Below are positions 24,661 to 38,370 of a DNA stretch of 64,000 nucleotides, piece after piece. Where the stretch lies: NCBI RefSeq assembly GCF_006345805.1, contig NC_043007.1, forward strand, positions 65,782,001 through 65,846,000. Reading direction: 5' to 3'. A model generated the notes under the pieces. The model was not told the origin of the DNA. It did no database searches and saw only the letters and a list, made by a program, of their open reading frames with translations. The DNA is from Octopus sinensis (taxonomy: Eukaryota). The stretch's first letter is position 1. Every line of letters starts with the position of its first letter. Made by a program: the position numbers and the translations under genes.

Positions 24661-26140
24661 CTAATACATTCTATATGCACGCCATCTTGTTGTTTTCTTA
24701 CTGTTATTTTTTATGCTCGACTATGATTGTTAATGTTCAACTTTTCAATTCGATTTGACTATATATATGTGTGTGTATGTGTGTATGCATATATATGTAA
24801 ACATACATATATAAAAAGCAATACCAAATAGCAAATTACTTAAGGATATATACACCCATTACATCAGTATAAATACGTCCACAAATACGCATATACACAT
24901 GTCACATGTATACATTATCGGACATGCAAACATTCACAAATAACTTGAATCTATTCACACAATGAAGTCATGTGTTTTTTGTTAGTAATCGGTTTGATAT
25001 TCAACAATGAACATATAAATAATATAAATAACACTCGACTCAGTATCATGGAAACACACACACACACACACATGTACATAAGATTACACACATGTATAGG
25101 TGTACAAACGCAGATACAGACATACATACAACATACATATAGAACACATACAATCATATATACATTCATACATAATCTAACTATGATGGTATTCTCAAAA
25201 CTCAATCGTAAACCAAACCGTGCAACTATGTGCAATCTATGAAAAATTCAACATGGAAGTTAATATTATTGTGATGATTTAAATTACTATGAAAGAGGCG
25301 TTGTTTCTTAATTAGGAACCGGCCAATTCTTTAATGTCAGAATTTAGATAAAATACTGAAAGGTAAGAGATTTGCACATTGATATAAATACATATTTCAA
25401 GTGTGATAAAATCAGTATAATTTTCCTACTACTTCGAGTTAAATTAGTTACTTCACGGATGTCAGAGAAGGTTTTTCCAACTTGTTTACTTCGCTATATT
25501 CGCGTGTTACATTTTGATTGCCTCTTAAATTACAGCCTGTCACTTATTTAAAATAGATTTGACAACTGTTATGTATAAACTGCCTGCTCATTTGGAGACA
25601 TATATGAACGAAGAATGTAACGGTTTTGTCAAAACAGATTTGGTCACTGCAAGGGGATGGTAAAAACAAAATTAAAACGAATGGCTTGTAATTGAACCTG
25701 CCAATACATTAATGGAGGTACAAAGACATGTGAACTTAGCTTGGCAGAACACTGTCACACGTTAATGCAAAATTACGAACTAGTCAACAACTATTCCTGA
25801 ATGAAATTTTTTAAAAACATCTTAAACAGATGTCTTAAGAGTAAAACAGTTAATAATCTAAGAAGCAATAAAAATATCATATGAATATAACATAACAAAT
25901 AAGTGCAATATATTGATAAGTATGGAAACTACTTATCTGACATCTATAGGTGTAACCACTACAAACTCCGAAGTGTAAGCCATGGAGAATTTTTAATGCT
26001 AAATTTCACTATTGATTTGTATATAATATACAATAATATAGCGGATCCCGAATTCTTTGTGCAACCCGCATGAATGTACTGCAAGAGTAGTCATCTTGAA
26101 CTGTTAAGGGTACTTAATTCAACATAAAGATTTATTCAGT

Positions 26141-26526
26141 ACTAGCAGTATCACCCGGCGTTGCTCGGGTTTGTAAGGGAAATAACTATAAAGCATTTTT
26201 AGAGAGTTATAGCCAAAAAATAGCAAAAAAATGGGAAAAAAATGATGGTAAATTTTTTTTGAGAGTTAAAAAGGTCGAGTTGCGTCCCCTAGACAGTCTG
26301 TGGTTTGTGTTTCTGATTCCCAACCCCATGTCGAATTTATCAATTTTTTTCAGAACTGGGGGAACTTTTCAAAATTTTCGCTGCGTTAGTTTTGAATTAT
26401 GACATTGGGCTATGTGTGGGTCAAGTTTCATTAGAATCGGTTGAAAGCCGTGGTCAGGGTGAGGGTACAACCTAACAGACACACAGACACGCAGACAGAC
26501 AGACTGCCGTTTATATATAGAGAGAT
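26141..26526 (+). mobile_element. Helitron/Helentron-like non-autonomous element
   Basis: 5' actag plus hairpin cccg-gcgttgct-cggg. 3' (caga)n microsatellite then ttatatatagagagat. No TIR or TSD. The family call is from recalled resemblance. Confidence 0.55.
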
Positions 26527-26960
26527 TATAAAGAGTTAAATTGAAGGTTATCTCACGACAAAAAAAAAGTAAAAAAGAGCGACAAGAAACAGGTAACTGC
26601 CGTAATATAGAGACACGTCTCACACAAACCAAAAGCCACGTAAAAAAAAAAAAAAATAAAGACTACAAAAACATAGTAATATTGTGTTTGAAGTATCTTT
26701 TAACTGTGTTTTAAAACCGCCTGCCCCAACGCAATAGCTAATATAGTGAGCATCACTCGGAAACATCTACCGCACAACCCTAAGGAATTTGAAAATCAAC
26801 AGATACAAGAATAAACACAAACATAACATGAGCAATTGTAAAACAACAACATACAGAGACGGATAGAAAAAAAATACTGCGACTTTTGCTTCATGGAGAA
26901 ATTTTACATCATCTGACGTATTGCCCCAATCATAAACAAATGATAACAGCATGTAATTTA

Positions 26961-27167
26961 TGGCGGTGAGCTGGCAAAGTCGTTATCCCGCCTGAAAAAT
27001 TGCTTAGCGGCATTTCGTCCGTCACTACGTTCTGGGTTCAAATTCCGTCGAGGTCAACTTTAACTTTCATCCTTCGAGGTCGATAAAATAAGAACCGATT
27101 GAACATTGGGGTCAATATATTCCCCCACCAACACCGAAAATACTGGCCTTGTGTCAAAATTTGAAGC
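26961..27167 (+). mobile_element. SINE family B
   Basis: ggcggtgagctggcaaagtcgtta...ttctgggttcaaattccgtcgaggtcaac...ggccttgtgtcaaaatttgaa. Confidence 0.85.
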
Positions 27168-27276
27168 CGAAATCAGCTTGTAATTTTCGTTCAGTTTCAG
27201 TTCTTATCACAGGGCCAGCAGTTTTTGATGGGAGGGAAGAAGTCGATTAAATCGAAGAAGTCGATTACATCAATGA

Positions 27277-27317
<41 letters not shown>

Positions 27318-27499
27318 ATGATTTCTTTTATTTGTCACATTGATGTCAGAGGAATTGGACAGTTTTATGATAGATACAAAGTAGAACCTGGGAAGGCAAG
27401 TGTTAGTCGAAACAATTTCATCTCAGAAAGTAAAGACCCATAACTAAATATTGGTAGTAATTTCCGCCCTCATAATTTCTTACATAAGCACATGTCTAG

Positions 27500-27700
27500 A
27501 AATTTTGGATAAGGGAGTTGTCAATTACATCGACTACAGTGTTTAACGGGCACTTTATTTTTATCGACCTCAGGAAGATGAAAAGCAAAGTTTGTGTCGA
27601 CGGAACTGAATACAGAAGAAAAATGGCTGTAACTAAACAGATCAACACCTTTGGGATCCGAAGCTCTAACGATTCTGCCAAGCCACCATGAGTGAAATGA
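27500..27700 (-). mobile_element. SINE family B, decayed
   Basis: aattacatcgac...tttatcgacctcaggaagatgaaaagcaaagt...aacgattctgccaagccaccat. Confidence 0.65.
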
Positions 27701-27885
27701 GTGAGCAATTCTGCTAATCTCAATTCTAATATTCTACAGCTATACCTGCTACAAAAATATACACAAATAAAAATCAAATATTGATATAAACGCATACATC
27801 CATAGACACAAGCGCTGAACCGATACACATATACATCGACACAAACAATCATAAAACACATACGCACGTGTGCGGATGCGCAATA

Positions 27886-28207
27886 GACCAGTAGTTAGGG
27901 CAGCGGACTCGTTGTCGTATGATCGAGGTTTCAATTGTTGTGAGTATTTATTGAGTGAAAACACCTAAAGCTCCACGAGGCTCCGGCGAACCACCGCTTT
28001 CTTTCACTCTTTCTTCCTGTTTCTGTTGTACCTGTTTCAAAGGGTCAGCCTTGTCACACTCTGTGTCGCGCTAAATCTCCCCGAGAACTACGTTAAGGGT
28101 ACAAGTGTATGTGGAGTGCTCATCCACTTGGCTGTTAATTTCTCGAGCAGGCTGTTCCGTTGATCTGATCAATTGGAACCGTCGACGTCGTAACCGACGG
28201 AGTGCCA

Positions 28208-28208
<1 letters not shown>
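27886..28208 (+). mobile_element. SINE family C
   Basis: Colinear with 53514-53899, with internal deletions. Confidence 0.85.
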
Positions 28209-28245
<37 letters not shown>

Positions 28246-28339
28246 TATATATATATTAATATATCACTGTGATCACCGTGACTGACCAGGCTATCAGATG
28301 TTTTAGCCTTCAAATGATGCCACCCCGCTCGCTAAGCGA

Positions 28340-28515
28340 GTGAGATAAAGTTGTAGCGAAAGAGTACAGCAGGGATCGCCACCACCCCCTGCCGGAGCCT
28401 CGTGGAGTTTAGGTGTTTTCTCTCAAAAAACACTCGCAACGCCCGGGCTGAGAATCGAAACCGTGATCCTACGACCGCGAGTCCGCTGCCCTAACCACTG
28501 GGCCATTGCGCCTCA
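28340..28515 (-). mobile_element. SINE family C, 5' part
   Basis: Reverse complement of the family C head: ctaaccactgggccattgcgcctc. Confidence 0.85.
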
Positions 28516-28521
28516 ACACAT

Positions 28522-28578
<57 letters not shown>

Positions 28579-28722
28579 TATATATATATATATCTTTATC
28601 CTTTACTTGTTTCAGTCATTTGACTGCGGTCACGCTGGAGCACCGCCTTGAATGGTTTTTAGTCGAACAAACCGCTGAGCATTTTGCCCGGCGTGCTAAC
28701 AATTCTGCCTGCTTGTCTGCAA

Positions 28723-29068
28723 CAGGGGTTCACAAGCATTTTATATCTATGGACTCCTTTGATTACTATTTTATTCTGGTGGACCCTCATAGCCATTCGA
28801 TGATTAAAAACTAGTTTTATGGAAACTTCTTTTCAAATTCCTATTTCGTTTTTCACACATTAACTTGTATAAGATGAACTTTGTAAAACGTTAGAGGAAT
28901 AAACTTAGTTATCTCTCACAATACATACCAGTATGAATACCAATGCAAATTTTTCAGGGTCCCTTAAAATTCTATTGTAGATTTCCAATTTTCTATTTTG
29001 TTGCGCTGACGCCCAAAAATCTTATATAGACCCTCATGAGCCATATGGGCCGCAGTTGAAAACCACTG
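28723..29068. mobile_element. hAT-type MITE
   Basis: Termini caggggttcacaag / gttgaaaaccactg. Flanking 8-mers gtctgcaa and gtcttaca (5/8 match, Charlie-like NTCT start). Confidence 0.6.
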
Positions 29069-29384
29069 GTCTTACAACATATTAAAGATAATCAAATCTG
29101 TATAATATTTAAAGAGTGATAAACATAATTTTCTTGTTTTCCTGTTATTTTGGCATTTCATTTTTATCCTCATACTCTCATTAGCAACCTTCATTCTTTC
29201 ATCATGTACATTTTCCGACAATGCTTCCAATTGGGAAAAGCCAATATTCATCGGTAGAAGCCAAAGTGTTGTAGTTACCAATAAGTTTAATAAAGCACCC
29301 ACCGTCATTATTGATGGCTTGGGTGTTCTCGATTATATTTATATATAAGCAGACACAGAGATTTACAGATATATGTTTCATCGT

Positions 29385-29590
29385 TTATCTTTTATTTGTC
29401 TTAGTCATTAGACTGCGGCCATGCTGGGGCACTACCTTGAAGAGATTTTTAGTCGAATGAGTTGATTCAAGTACTTATTTTTATATTTAAAACATGGCAC
29501 TTATTCTATCGGCGTCTTTTCTGAACCGCTATGCTATGGGGACGTAAACACACAAACACCAGCTATCAAGCGCTCGCGGAGGACAAAGAC
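29385..29590 (-). mobile_element. SINE family A, 3' half
   Basis: agtcattagactgcggccatgctgggg...ggggacgtaaacac. Confidence 0.85.
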
Positions 29591-29900
29591 ATCCGCGCGC
29601 ACACACACGTGCACACACATGCGCATGCACACGCTCGCGCGCGCGCACGCATACACACACAGACATACACATATATGCATGTATGTGGTTAGTTTGGCAA
29701 TTCCAAGTACTTTTCACTTCCGAAAATCCAGTTGTCTCTATAGAGACTTCATTCTTAAGAAAACAGAATAGACATTGATTTTCATTTTTAATCACTGTGC
29801 GGTCATATTGAGTTCTTTATGACTGCACAATGATTAGGATATGAATATCTGTGCCTATTCTCTTAAGCAATTTATTATATACATATATAATATAAATGAT

Positions 29901-30085
29901 TAACAAAGATGTATAAGCGTCAACTCATTACGGCCGTTTCGAGCGACTCCTTTAATTGATCAATAAAGCATTACATCATTATAAAGAAAACCGGTTTTCT
30001 TTGTAATGATGTAATGCTCTCGTTGATCAATTAAAGGAGCCGCTCGAAACGGCCGTAACAAATTGACACTTATACATCTTTGTTA
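29901..30085. repeat. Spacer-less palindrome, 92/93-bp arms
   Basis: Centre aaagaaaacc|ggttttcttt at 29992/29993. The arms have several substitutions and one indel. Confidence 0.96.
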
Positions 30086-30224
30086 CACATTTGTATTTTA
30101 CCCATCTACCCTGGAATCTGCACTTCGGAAGAATTTGGAAAGTATCTTTATACAAAGTACATGTCTGAACAAACAAGAGCGGATTTATTCACTAAGTTGG
30201 ATCGTGCCATCGGCATAAACTTGA

Positions 30225-30372
30225 GAAATTGTCTTCTACTATAGCCTCGGGTTGACCAAGGCTTTGTGAGTGGATTTGGTCAACCCGAAGCTATAGTAGA
30301 AGACAATTTCCCGAGGTCCCACGCAAAGGGACTGGACCCAAAACCATGTGTTTGAGAAGCAACCCTCTTACC
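30225..30372 (-). mobile_element. SINE family A 5' part with a snap-back (35-bp arms, 16-nt loop)
   Basis: Arms 30225-30259 / 30276-30310, one mismatch. Confidence 0.85.
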
Positions 30373-30440
30373 ATATATCGACGGCCTAGATAAAAAAAAA
30401 CCGCTTTCACCCACACTTGCGCAAAACATACAACATATAT

Positions 30441-31019
30441 CCTTTCCTACTCTAGGCACAAGACCCGAAATTTTGGGGGAGGGGGACAGTGGATTAGATC
30501 GATCCCAGTATGCAACTAGTACTTAATTTATCGACACCGAAAGGATGAAAGACAAAGTCGACCTCGATGGATTTTGAACTCAGAACGTAGCGGCAGTCAA
30601 AATACCTATTTCTTTACTATCCACAAGGGGCTAAACACAGAGAGGACAAACAAGGACAGATAAACGGATTAAGTCGATTATATCGACCCCAGTAAGTAAC
30701 TGGTACTTATTTAATTCACCCCGAAAAGATGAAGGCAAAGTCGACCTCAGCGGAATTTGAACTCAGAACATAGCGGCAGACGAAATACCTATTTCTTTAC
30801 TACCCACAAGGGGCTAAACACAGAGAGGACAAACGAGGACAGACAAACGGATTAAGTCGATTATATCGACCCCAGTGCGTAACTGGTACTTAATTTATCG
30901 ACCCCCAAAAGGATGAAAGGCAAAGTCGACCTCGGCGGAATTTGAACCCAGAACGTAACGGCAGACGAAATACGGCTACGCATTTCGGCGTGCTAACGTT
31001 TTTGCCGGCTCGCCGCTTT
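30441..31019 (-). mobile_element. Trimeric SINE family B with 15-bp TSD
   Basis: One head plus three bodies spaced 183-185 bp. TSD acatacaacatatat at 30426-30440 and 31020-31034. Confidence 0.92.
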
Positions 31020-31602
31020 ACATACAACATATATTACTTGCACACGTGATCGAGGGCTTTATTTCTAGGAATGCAGCATTACTCTTTCCCTAGTCGAAGC
31101 CAATCATACTTTAGAATATGGTAATTCTCATAGCGAAAGTATGAAACACCCTAATATCGAAATGCCTCTCCCAGATAAATCATACGTATTATGCCAATGC
31201 CAAAAACTATATACAACACACTTTTTCTCACACGAATACACAAACACACACACGCACGCATACACATACGCACGCACACACACACACACTCACATACTCA
31301 TACACACACATATTTCTCCCTGTCTTTGTACTCATTGGTATGTGTGTCGGGATGAATTCATAAAATATATACAGTTGTCTATATCTATATCTATTTCTTT
31401 CACTTATCCACCATTACACTCGCACGCACGCACGCACACACACACACACACGCACACGGACACACACCTGCACACAGACACACACATGTAATACACATAC
31501 ATATTTAAATGCAAGAAGAGTTCATAAGTCATAAGTAATGTACGATATCTCTGTTAATCTACAAATATGCGTGTGTCGATATGTATAGATATAGATATAC
31601 AT

Positions 31603-31646
<44 letters not shown>

Positions 31647-31772
31647 GCATATATGTACATATTTATATTATTGAACCATTAATACTCTATTTGCGCTTAC
31701 ACGCACTCACACACACAAGCATGTAATATATGTATATGTATATGTATGTATGTATGTATGTATATATATATG

Positions 31773-31820
<48 letters not shown>

Positions 31821-31914
31821 TACACACATATATATATGTATATATATATATTATATATATGTATATACATATATATATTGTTTATATATATGTATATATA
31901 TATATATGTATATA

Positions 31915-31954
<40 letters not shown>

Positions 31955-32057
31955 ATCATATACATACAAATATCTAGGTTTAGACAATAATGGCTTTATA
32001 ATCTCACTTCTCTCTCTAAACATACATATATACACGCGCATACATACATACAGCATG

Positions 32058-32106
<49 letters not shown>

Positions 32107-32249
32107 GTGTATATATAGGAGAAAGAGAAAGAGAGAGAGAGATTAATAGAAACACAATCATGCCCAAAGATGGCGACAAAATGGAAGAGAAAATTAAGAA
32201 GCGAGAAAGTCCATAGTCCCACACCCCACATTCCCTCCGTTTCTCTGTA

Positions 32250-32293
<44 letters not shown>

Positions 32294-32754
32294 TATGTGT
32301 GTGTGTGTGGTGTGCGTGTGTGTGTGCATCTGTGTGTTTATATGTCTGTATGTCAAACTGAAAATTTTTACAGACACACACATAGACAAGCACAAACACA
32401 CACACACACACAGATGAGGCGTGCAGACAGAATCATGCAGGCACACTTTGACACTAGATATTTTGATTGAGGGAAGTTAATGGGTGTCCAGAGGGAGTAG
32501 CACTAACACCAAATGACAGGCGAATCGGCTTCATCCCTCCTTGATCGTTGCTGCCTCATCATAATCACAAGTGACGCAATGCGAAATCCAGCGCTCACCT
32601 CTATATCAGGAGCTTAAGTTAATTTACAAATTTTCTCCCCGACCCCTCGCTCTTTCTATCTTATCCTTTCCGTTCATTCCCCGCCATATTAGCTTTAGCA
32701 TTCTTACTTGCCTTTCCTTACGCTACGCTGTCTCCTCTCCCTGTCTCAGTCTCT

Positions 32755-32800
<46 letters not shown>

Positions 32801-33362
32801 AATTTTGTTCTTTTTTTATATATTATTTTGTCGTCTCTTATTTGAGTATACACATGTGTGTGTTTCAGAATCTGGGTGTATTATCATGTACATATAAATG
32901 TGTGTGAGCTGTGTTCTGTATGCGTGCGTGTGTATGTGTGTGTGGGTGGTGGATGGGGCGGTGCAAGTGTGTTTTCGTGTAAATCCACCTTGCTTTCGTT
33001 CGTCTAATGCAGAAACAGAGAAAAATGGAAGAAAATGGCGCCCGTGTATTATTTATCTTATCGGTAGTTTGTCATTGGGCCAGGGTGCTGGAACACTATA
33101 AACTCACACACACGCTACACACTACACTACACTACACTACACACACACACATACACAGAGTCTCAAACTGCTCATACACATATCCATAAGCATCGGCTTG
33201 CCTCAGACGTCTATAGCCGAATGAATCTCTTGGGGAAATGGCAAGAGGCTAAGACGTATCGCCAATCCGATGGTTATCAACGTGTCTAAAACAGCTCAAC
33301 ATCTCACTTTAATTTTTATCCCCGTTTTCCTTCCTGTCTTCTCTTTCTTCTAATTTTATAAG

Positions 33363-33404
<42 letters not shown>

Positions 33405-33633
33405 TTCTTTTCTTTTTACTCCTTCTTTCCATTTCTTCGTTCTTTTACATTCTCATTTATTACCAGTTTCCTCTCTCTCTTGTTTCATTTTCCTTCTTTG
33501 TTTACGCAAACATGTCTCCCTCTCTCACGCTCTCTTTCTCTCTCTCTCTCTCTCACTCGAAGTGTTTTCTAGTGAATCTCTGTTCCATCTGCTTGACATT
33601 TTAAATTAACTATCTATCTGTCTGTCTGCCTGC

Positions 33634-33707
<74 letters not shown>

Positions 33708-33902
33708 GCATGTGCGTGTGTATTTATATATATAAATATATATAATACATATATATGTATATATAAATGTATATATATATATACATTTATATATATCCAT
33801 TCATATATATGTATTATATATATAAATATATAATTTATAATATTATATATATATATAGATGTATATATAAATAAATGTATATATATATATATATAAATGT
33901 AC

Positions 33903-33938
<36 letters not shown>

Positions 33939-34090
33939 GCAAACATTATATATATAAACATGCATATATATATGTATGTGTGTGTGTGTGCGTGTGAGTG
34001 AATGCGTATGTTTATATCATGAGTAAATGTACAAGTATAAGACAGACATACAGGAAAATAGATTGAGAAATATATATATAGATAGATATA

Positions 34091-34693
34091 CAGTGTACAT
34101 TTAAACGCATAAGAGGTATCCATCATAGGATCCCTTACACGCTAGAGAGGACAGTTAAATTCCAAACCACTATTAGGGATAAAATTTCGAAGGGAATGAA
34201 AAATAAAGATATTTACCATCCAACTTCTGGGCCGATAGTTTCAGACTTTTTTTTTTATCAAATAAAGATAATTTGCTAGGCGAAGTCTTCTTCAGCAGAT
34301 ACACCTTAGATTAAATATATATACACGAGGCAATCCAGTACATGCCCCGTGCTTATACATTCTAATTTTTTTAATCGAAAAGCCGGCATTTTACTTACTG
34401 CCGACAAGGAGCTGCGCTTGCGCGGTAGATTTGAAGGATTAGAATGTATAAGCAAGTGTATTGCTTCGTGTATTTAATCTAAGGTGTACCTGCTGAAGAA
34501 GACTTCCCCTAACAAATTACATTATTTGCTAAAAAAGTCTGAAGCCATTGGTCCAAGAGTTAGATGGTAAATGTTTTTTATTTTTCATTCCCTTCGAAAT
34601 GTTATCCCTAATAGTGGTTTGGAACTTAAATGTCCTCTCTAGCGTGTAAGGAATCCTATGATGGATACCTCTTATGTGTTTAAATGTACGCTG
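34091..34693. mobile_element. Tc1/mariner-type MITE with TIRs of about 275 bp
   Basis: TA|cagtgtac ... gtacgctg|TA. Arms 34091-34366 / 34438-34693. Confidence 0.9.
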
Positions 34694-35027
34694 TATTTAT
34701 ATGAATAATATATAGTCAGTTGACTAAATTTTTTTACACGCTAGGCCACTGGTAATAGAAATTTCAAATATTTCTGATTGCTCTTTGATATTATTAATTA
34801 TAGAGACAGATAGATAGATAGATAGGTAGATAGATATCCTCATCTCTCCATTGGGTTATCATAAGCTATCTCTTTTAACACGTTGTTGCTTCTTTTCTCT
34901 CTCTTCCCTCTACCTCCTCCTTCTCTCACTGTCTCTCTCTTCTACTCCCCCTTCCTGTTTCTCAGCATTCGATCTATTTTAATCTTGGATCTCTCTCGCT
35001 TCCAAACTTTCTCTTCATTCTCACACT

Positions 35028-35063
<36 letters not shown>

Positions 35064-35130
35064 ATTATTCCCGTCAGTCTATATTTCTCTTACCTCTCCG
35101 CTTCTCCCTCTCTCCCACTATTTCTTACTC

Positions 35131-35165
<35 letters not shown>

Positions 35166-35375
35166 CTCGCTCTTTCTCTCTCTCTCTCTCACTACGTCGT
35201 TTTCCTTCTTACTTCATGACTTACGGTACGTGTGTGTCCTTGCCTATGTGTCACTTTTCCCACCCTTTAAAATCTCATTTCACTCTGTCCTCCACTCTCA
35301 CCTCTTTATTTTTCTATAACCCCTTCATACATTTTACATTCTCAAATTTCCAATCAATATAGATTTTCCATCGGC

Positions 35376-35431
<56 letters not shown>

Positions 35432-35479
35432 TATGTGTGTATTCCTATTCGCATTTTCTTTTTAAAAATATATTTAGCT

Positions 35480-35983
35480 GTAGTAATTATGGTGATGATG
35501 ATAGTGGTAGCGGCGGTGGTGGTGGGTTGTGGTTAGGATGTTGATGGTGGTGGTGGGTTGTGATTACGATGTTGTTGATGGTGCTGGTGGGATTATGGTG
35601 TTGGCCATGATGATGATGAGGGTGACGGTGATGGAGGAGTTGGTTGTTGGGCTGTTGGTGTTGGTGCGACGACGATGATGATGATGATTATGACGACGAC
35701 GACGACGATGATAGGGGAGGTGGTAGTGATGATGATGATGATCATGATCCTGATGATAATCTTCCTCCTCCTCCTCCTCCACATCATCATCATCATCATC
35801 ATCAACATCATCATCATCATCATCATCTTCACTTTTCTCATTGTCGCCGTCGTCATCATCATCAGCAGCATGAGCATCATCGCCGCTTTCAACATCATTA
35901 TAATCATCATCATATTTGTCTTGGTGGTAATTTTTGTTGCTATTGCGGTAATGATTGCTATTCATGATAATGGCGATAGCCAT

Positions 35984-36071
<88 letters not shown>

Positions 36072-36075
36072 CAGT
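35480..36075. repeat. Compound trinucleotide low-complexity tract (GAT/ATC/CAG/TAG)
   Basis: Direct reading. Similar tracts at 14500-14710, 19255-19440, 48280-48550, 50560-51000, 52640-52830. Confidence 0.95.
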
Positions 36076-36172
36076 GTTGGTGTCGGCATTGGCGTTGTTA
36101 GCAGAGAAAGGTGGAGCATGGGCGGGGTGTACAAAGAACATTCCGCACCGCTGCGAGAAGTGGGTGTAGTGG

Positions 36173-36272
36173 NNNNNNNNNNNNNNNNNNNNNNNNNNNN
36201 NNNNNNNNNNNNNNNNNNNNNNNNNNNNNNNNNNNNNNNNNNNNNNNNNNNNNNNNNNNNNNNNNNNNNNNN
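36173..36272. other. Assembly gap (100 N)
   Basis: Exactly 100 N, the usual placeholder for a gap of unknown size. Confidence 0.99.
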
Positions 36273-36349
36273 TCTGTCTGTATGTCTGTCTCTGTTTCTC
36301 TCTCTCTCTATCCATCTATCTATCAGTCAATCAATCAATCAATCACTCA

Positions 36350-36417
<68 letters not shown>

Positions 36418-36452
36418 GTCTGTCTGTCTGTCTATCAATCCATCTATCGATT

Positions 36453-36495
<43 letters not shown>

Positions 36496-37279
36496 TTGTC
36501 TCTACCTGTCTACTAGCTGCCTTTCTATTTTTCTCTCTGTCTTTTTCTTCTCTGTTTGCTGGTACGGTGTTTCTATCATTTTAAGTCTGACTGCGTCTAT
36601 GTTTATAGAACCTTTAATCAAAATCATTACACTTCGAATAATTATCCTTCTATCTCTTGCCGCTCAGGAGGCCTCCAGAACTCAAGTTTCACTTAACATG
36701 ACCGGCAAGAAACTTTAGACAAATTTTAACTGAAATACTTACCTACTGTCTGCAAAATAAATATTCAGTATAAACTAATACTGAATGCATTGGACGGAAG
36801 GGAAAAACAGACTGCCGTGGTTTAGTTGAATGATGTATACTCCACATGCAGAAATAGTTCTCACACAAACACTGTTAAAGCATGACATTGCTAACAAATC
36901 TGCACAGGGACTTCTAAAATATTCTAAAGATAAATGCCTAATAAAACTACTAGTTGAAAATACATCAAGCAGCATTTTAAATAATCCAGAGAAATGACCG
37001 ACTATATAGGAAAAATATTTATTTTATTGGCAGCAAATATTGAAGAATGCAGTGTTGTTGTTTTTGGCTTGTACAAAAGCATTTAAAAATAAATGCTTTA
37101 CATACCTAAAGTATTCTACGTATATGAAGAAAAAATCTGAAACTCATGCAATACAATACAAACGGCGTTAAAAACACCATTATAAGAATAAATTTTTTTT
37201 ATCCTCACTCATGAAGCAATAATTGAGGAGTCTTCCTTACGACCTGAACATAGATATCCAGAACTGCAAAATATACTAT

Positions 37280-38370
37280 ATCAGTCTAAACAATCATTTC
37301 ACAATGCTGGTGGGCTATTGACATACAACGTAGTCAAATCGTATATTCAGTATGTATAGATGTTTTAAATACTATTCGTAAATTAGTAGGAAACGGCGGA
37401 GCACAACAAGTACAGACTTTCGAAAAAGAAAAAAAGTAGCAACATGAAGCATGTTAATTCATTAAGCCCCCTCCTAATTAAAATTGACGACAACCTCAAA
37501 AACGATAGACCAGGGTAACAGAAATAAAATTCAGAATTGAACAATTAAAGAAAGAAATGAAAAATTACAACCGAAAACAAAACAATGAAGTAGTGAAATT
37601 CCAGTAATACAAAAAAGGAAAAAAAAACAAACTAGCAACATTCGCTTTTAACGTAAACCACAAAATTAACAGTAAAATATTGTTGAGTAATTAACATTAT
37701 CAGCAATAGCAATTGTCATGTCAAACCCTCTGTCATAATAGCTGCCCACAACAAATATCCCCTCACTGAAACACCAAGAAAACACACTTATCAGGCACTG
37801 ATTGAGAATCAGCATGTCCCCACGACCAAAAAAAAAAAAAAAAAAAGAGAAGAAAAAATTAAAAGAAAGCATGTGAAGTAGCCAGGATCACAAAGAAAAA
37901 TATGCCCCTTCTACATCGACCACAAATTTGACTCCTTCCTTCTATCAGACAGCCGAATAAGAGATTTTGCAGAATCAAAAATCCCAGAAACATCCAGTAT
38001 CGCAAATATGTACAGAGAACGTGAAGGAATCAGTGCACAAAGCAACCCATACAACTATATTAAAAAGTCAAACAATAACCTAGATGAAATAACGAACCCA
38101 TCACCTTTCTATGCACACCTTAAAAAAAATCCCCCAAAACCTAATGCTGTGCACAGCTGAACCACACAACCTCATCTTTCCAATATGGACCATGCCAGTC
38201 CAACCTGGAAGCCAAATGTCTCCACAACCACCTACAATACACTACAAACAATGCAAAATTGAGATTGTACACAGATCGCAACCACAGACAATCTATATAA
38301 CGAAACTAATATCCTTAAACTTGATGTCAAGCTCAACATTGGAGGGGAAGAATTTGCGTTGCTGCAGTAA
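37280..38370 (+). pseudogene. Highly decayed I/Jockey-group LINE remnant
   Basis: NAGGLLTY (APE-like) near 37300. DHASPTWKPNVSTTTYNTLQTMQN*...NLYNETNILKL (post-RT DYASP.W...LQ..QN motif) at 38185-38330. Confidence 0.6.

Noticed and set aside
25590-25670. Possible small exon (ag...gtaaaa)
   Set aside because: Weak acceptor, no polypyrimidine tract and no partner exons.
30441-31019. Regularly spaced repeats resembling a CRISPR array
   Set aside because: The units are 184-bp SINE bodies with no unique spacers, in a eukaryotic context with no cas genes.
36121-36330. Any structure spanning the N gap
   Set aside because: The gap size is unknown, so the flanks cannot be assumed adjacent.
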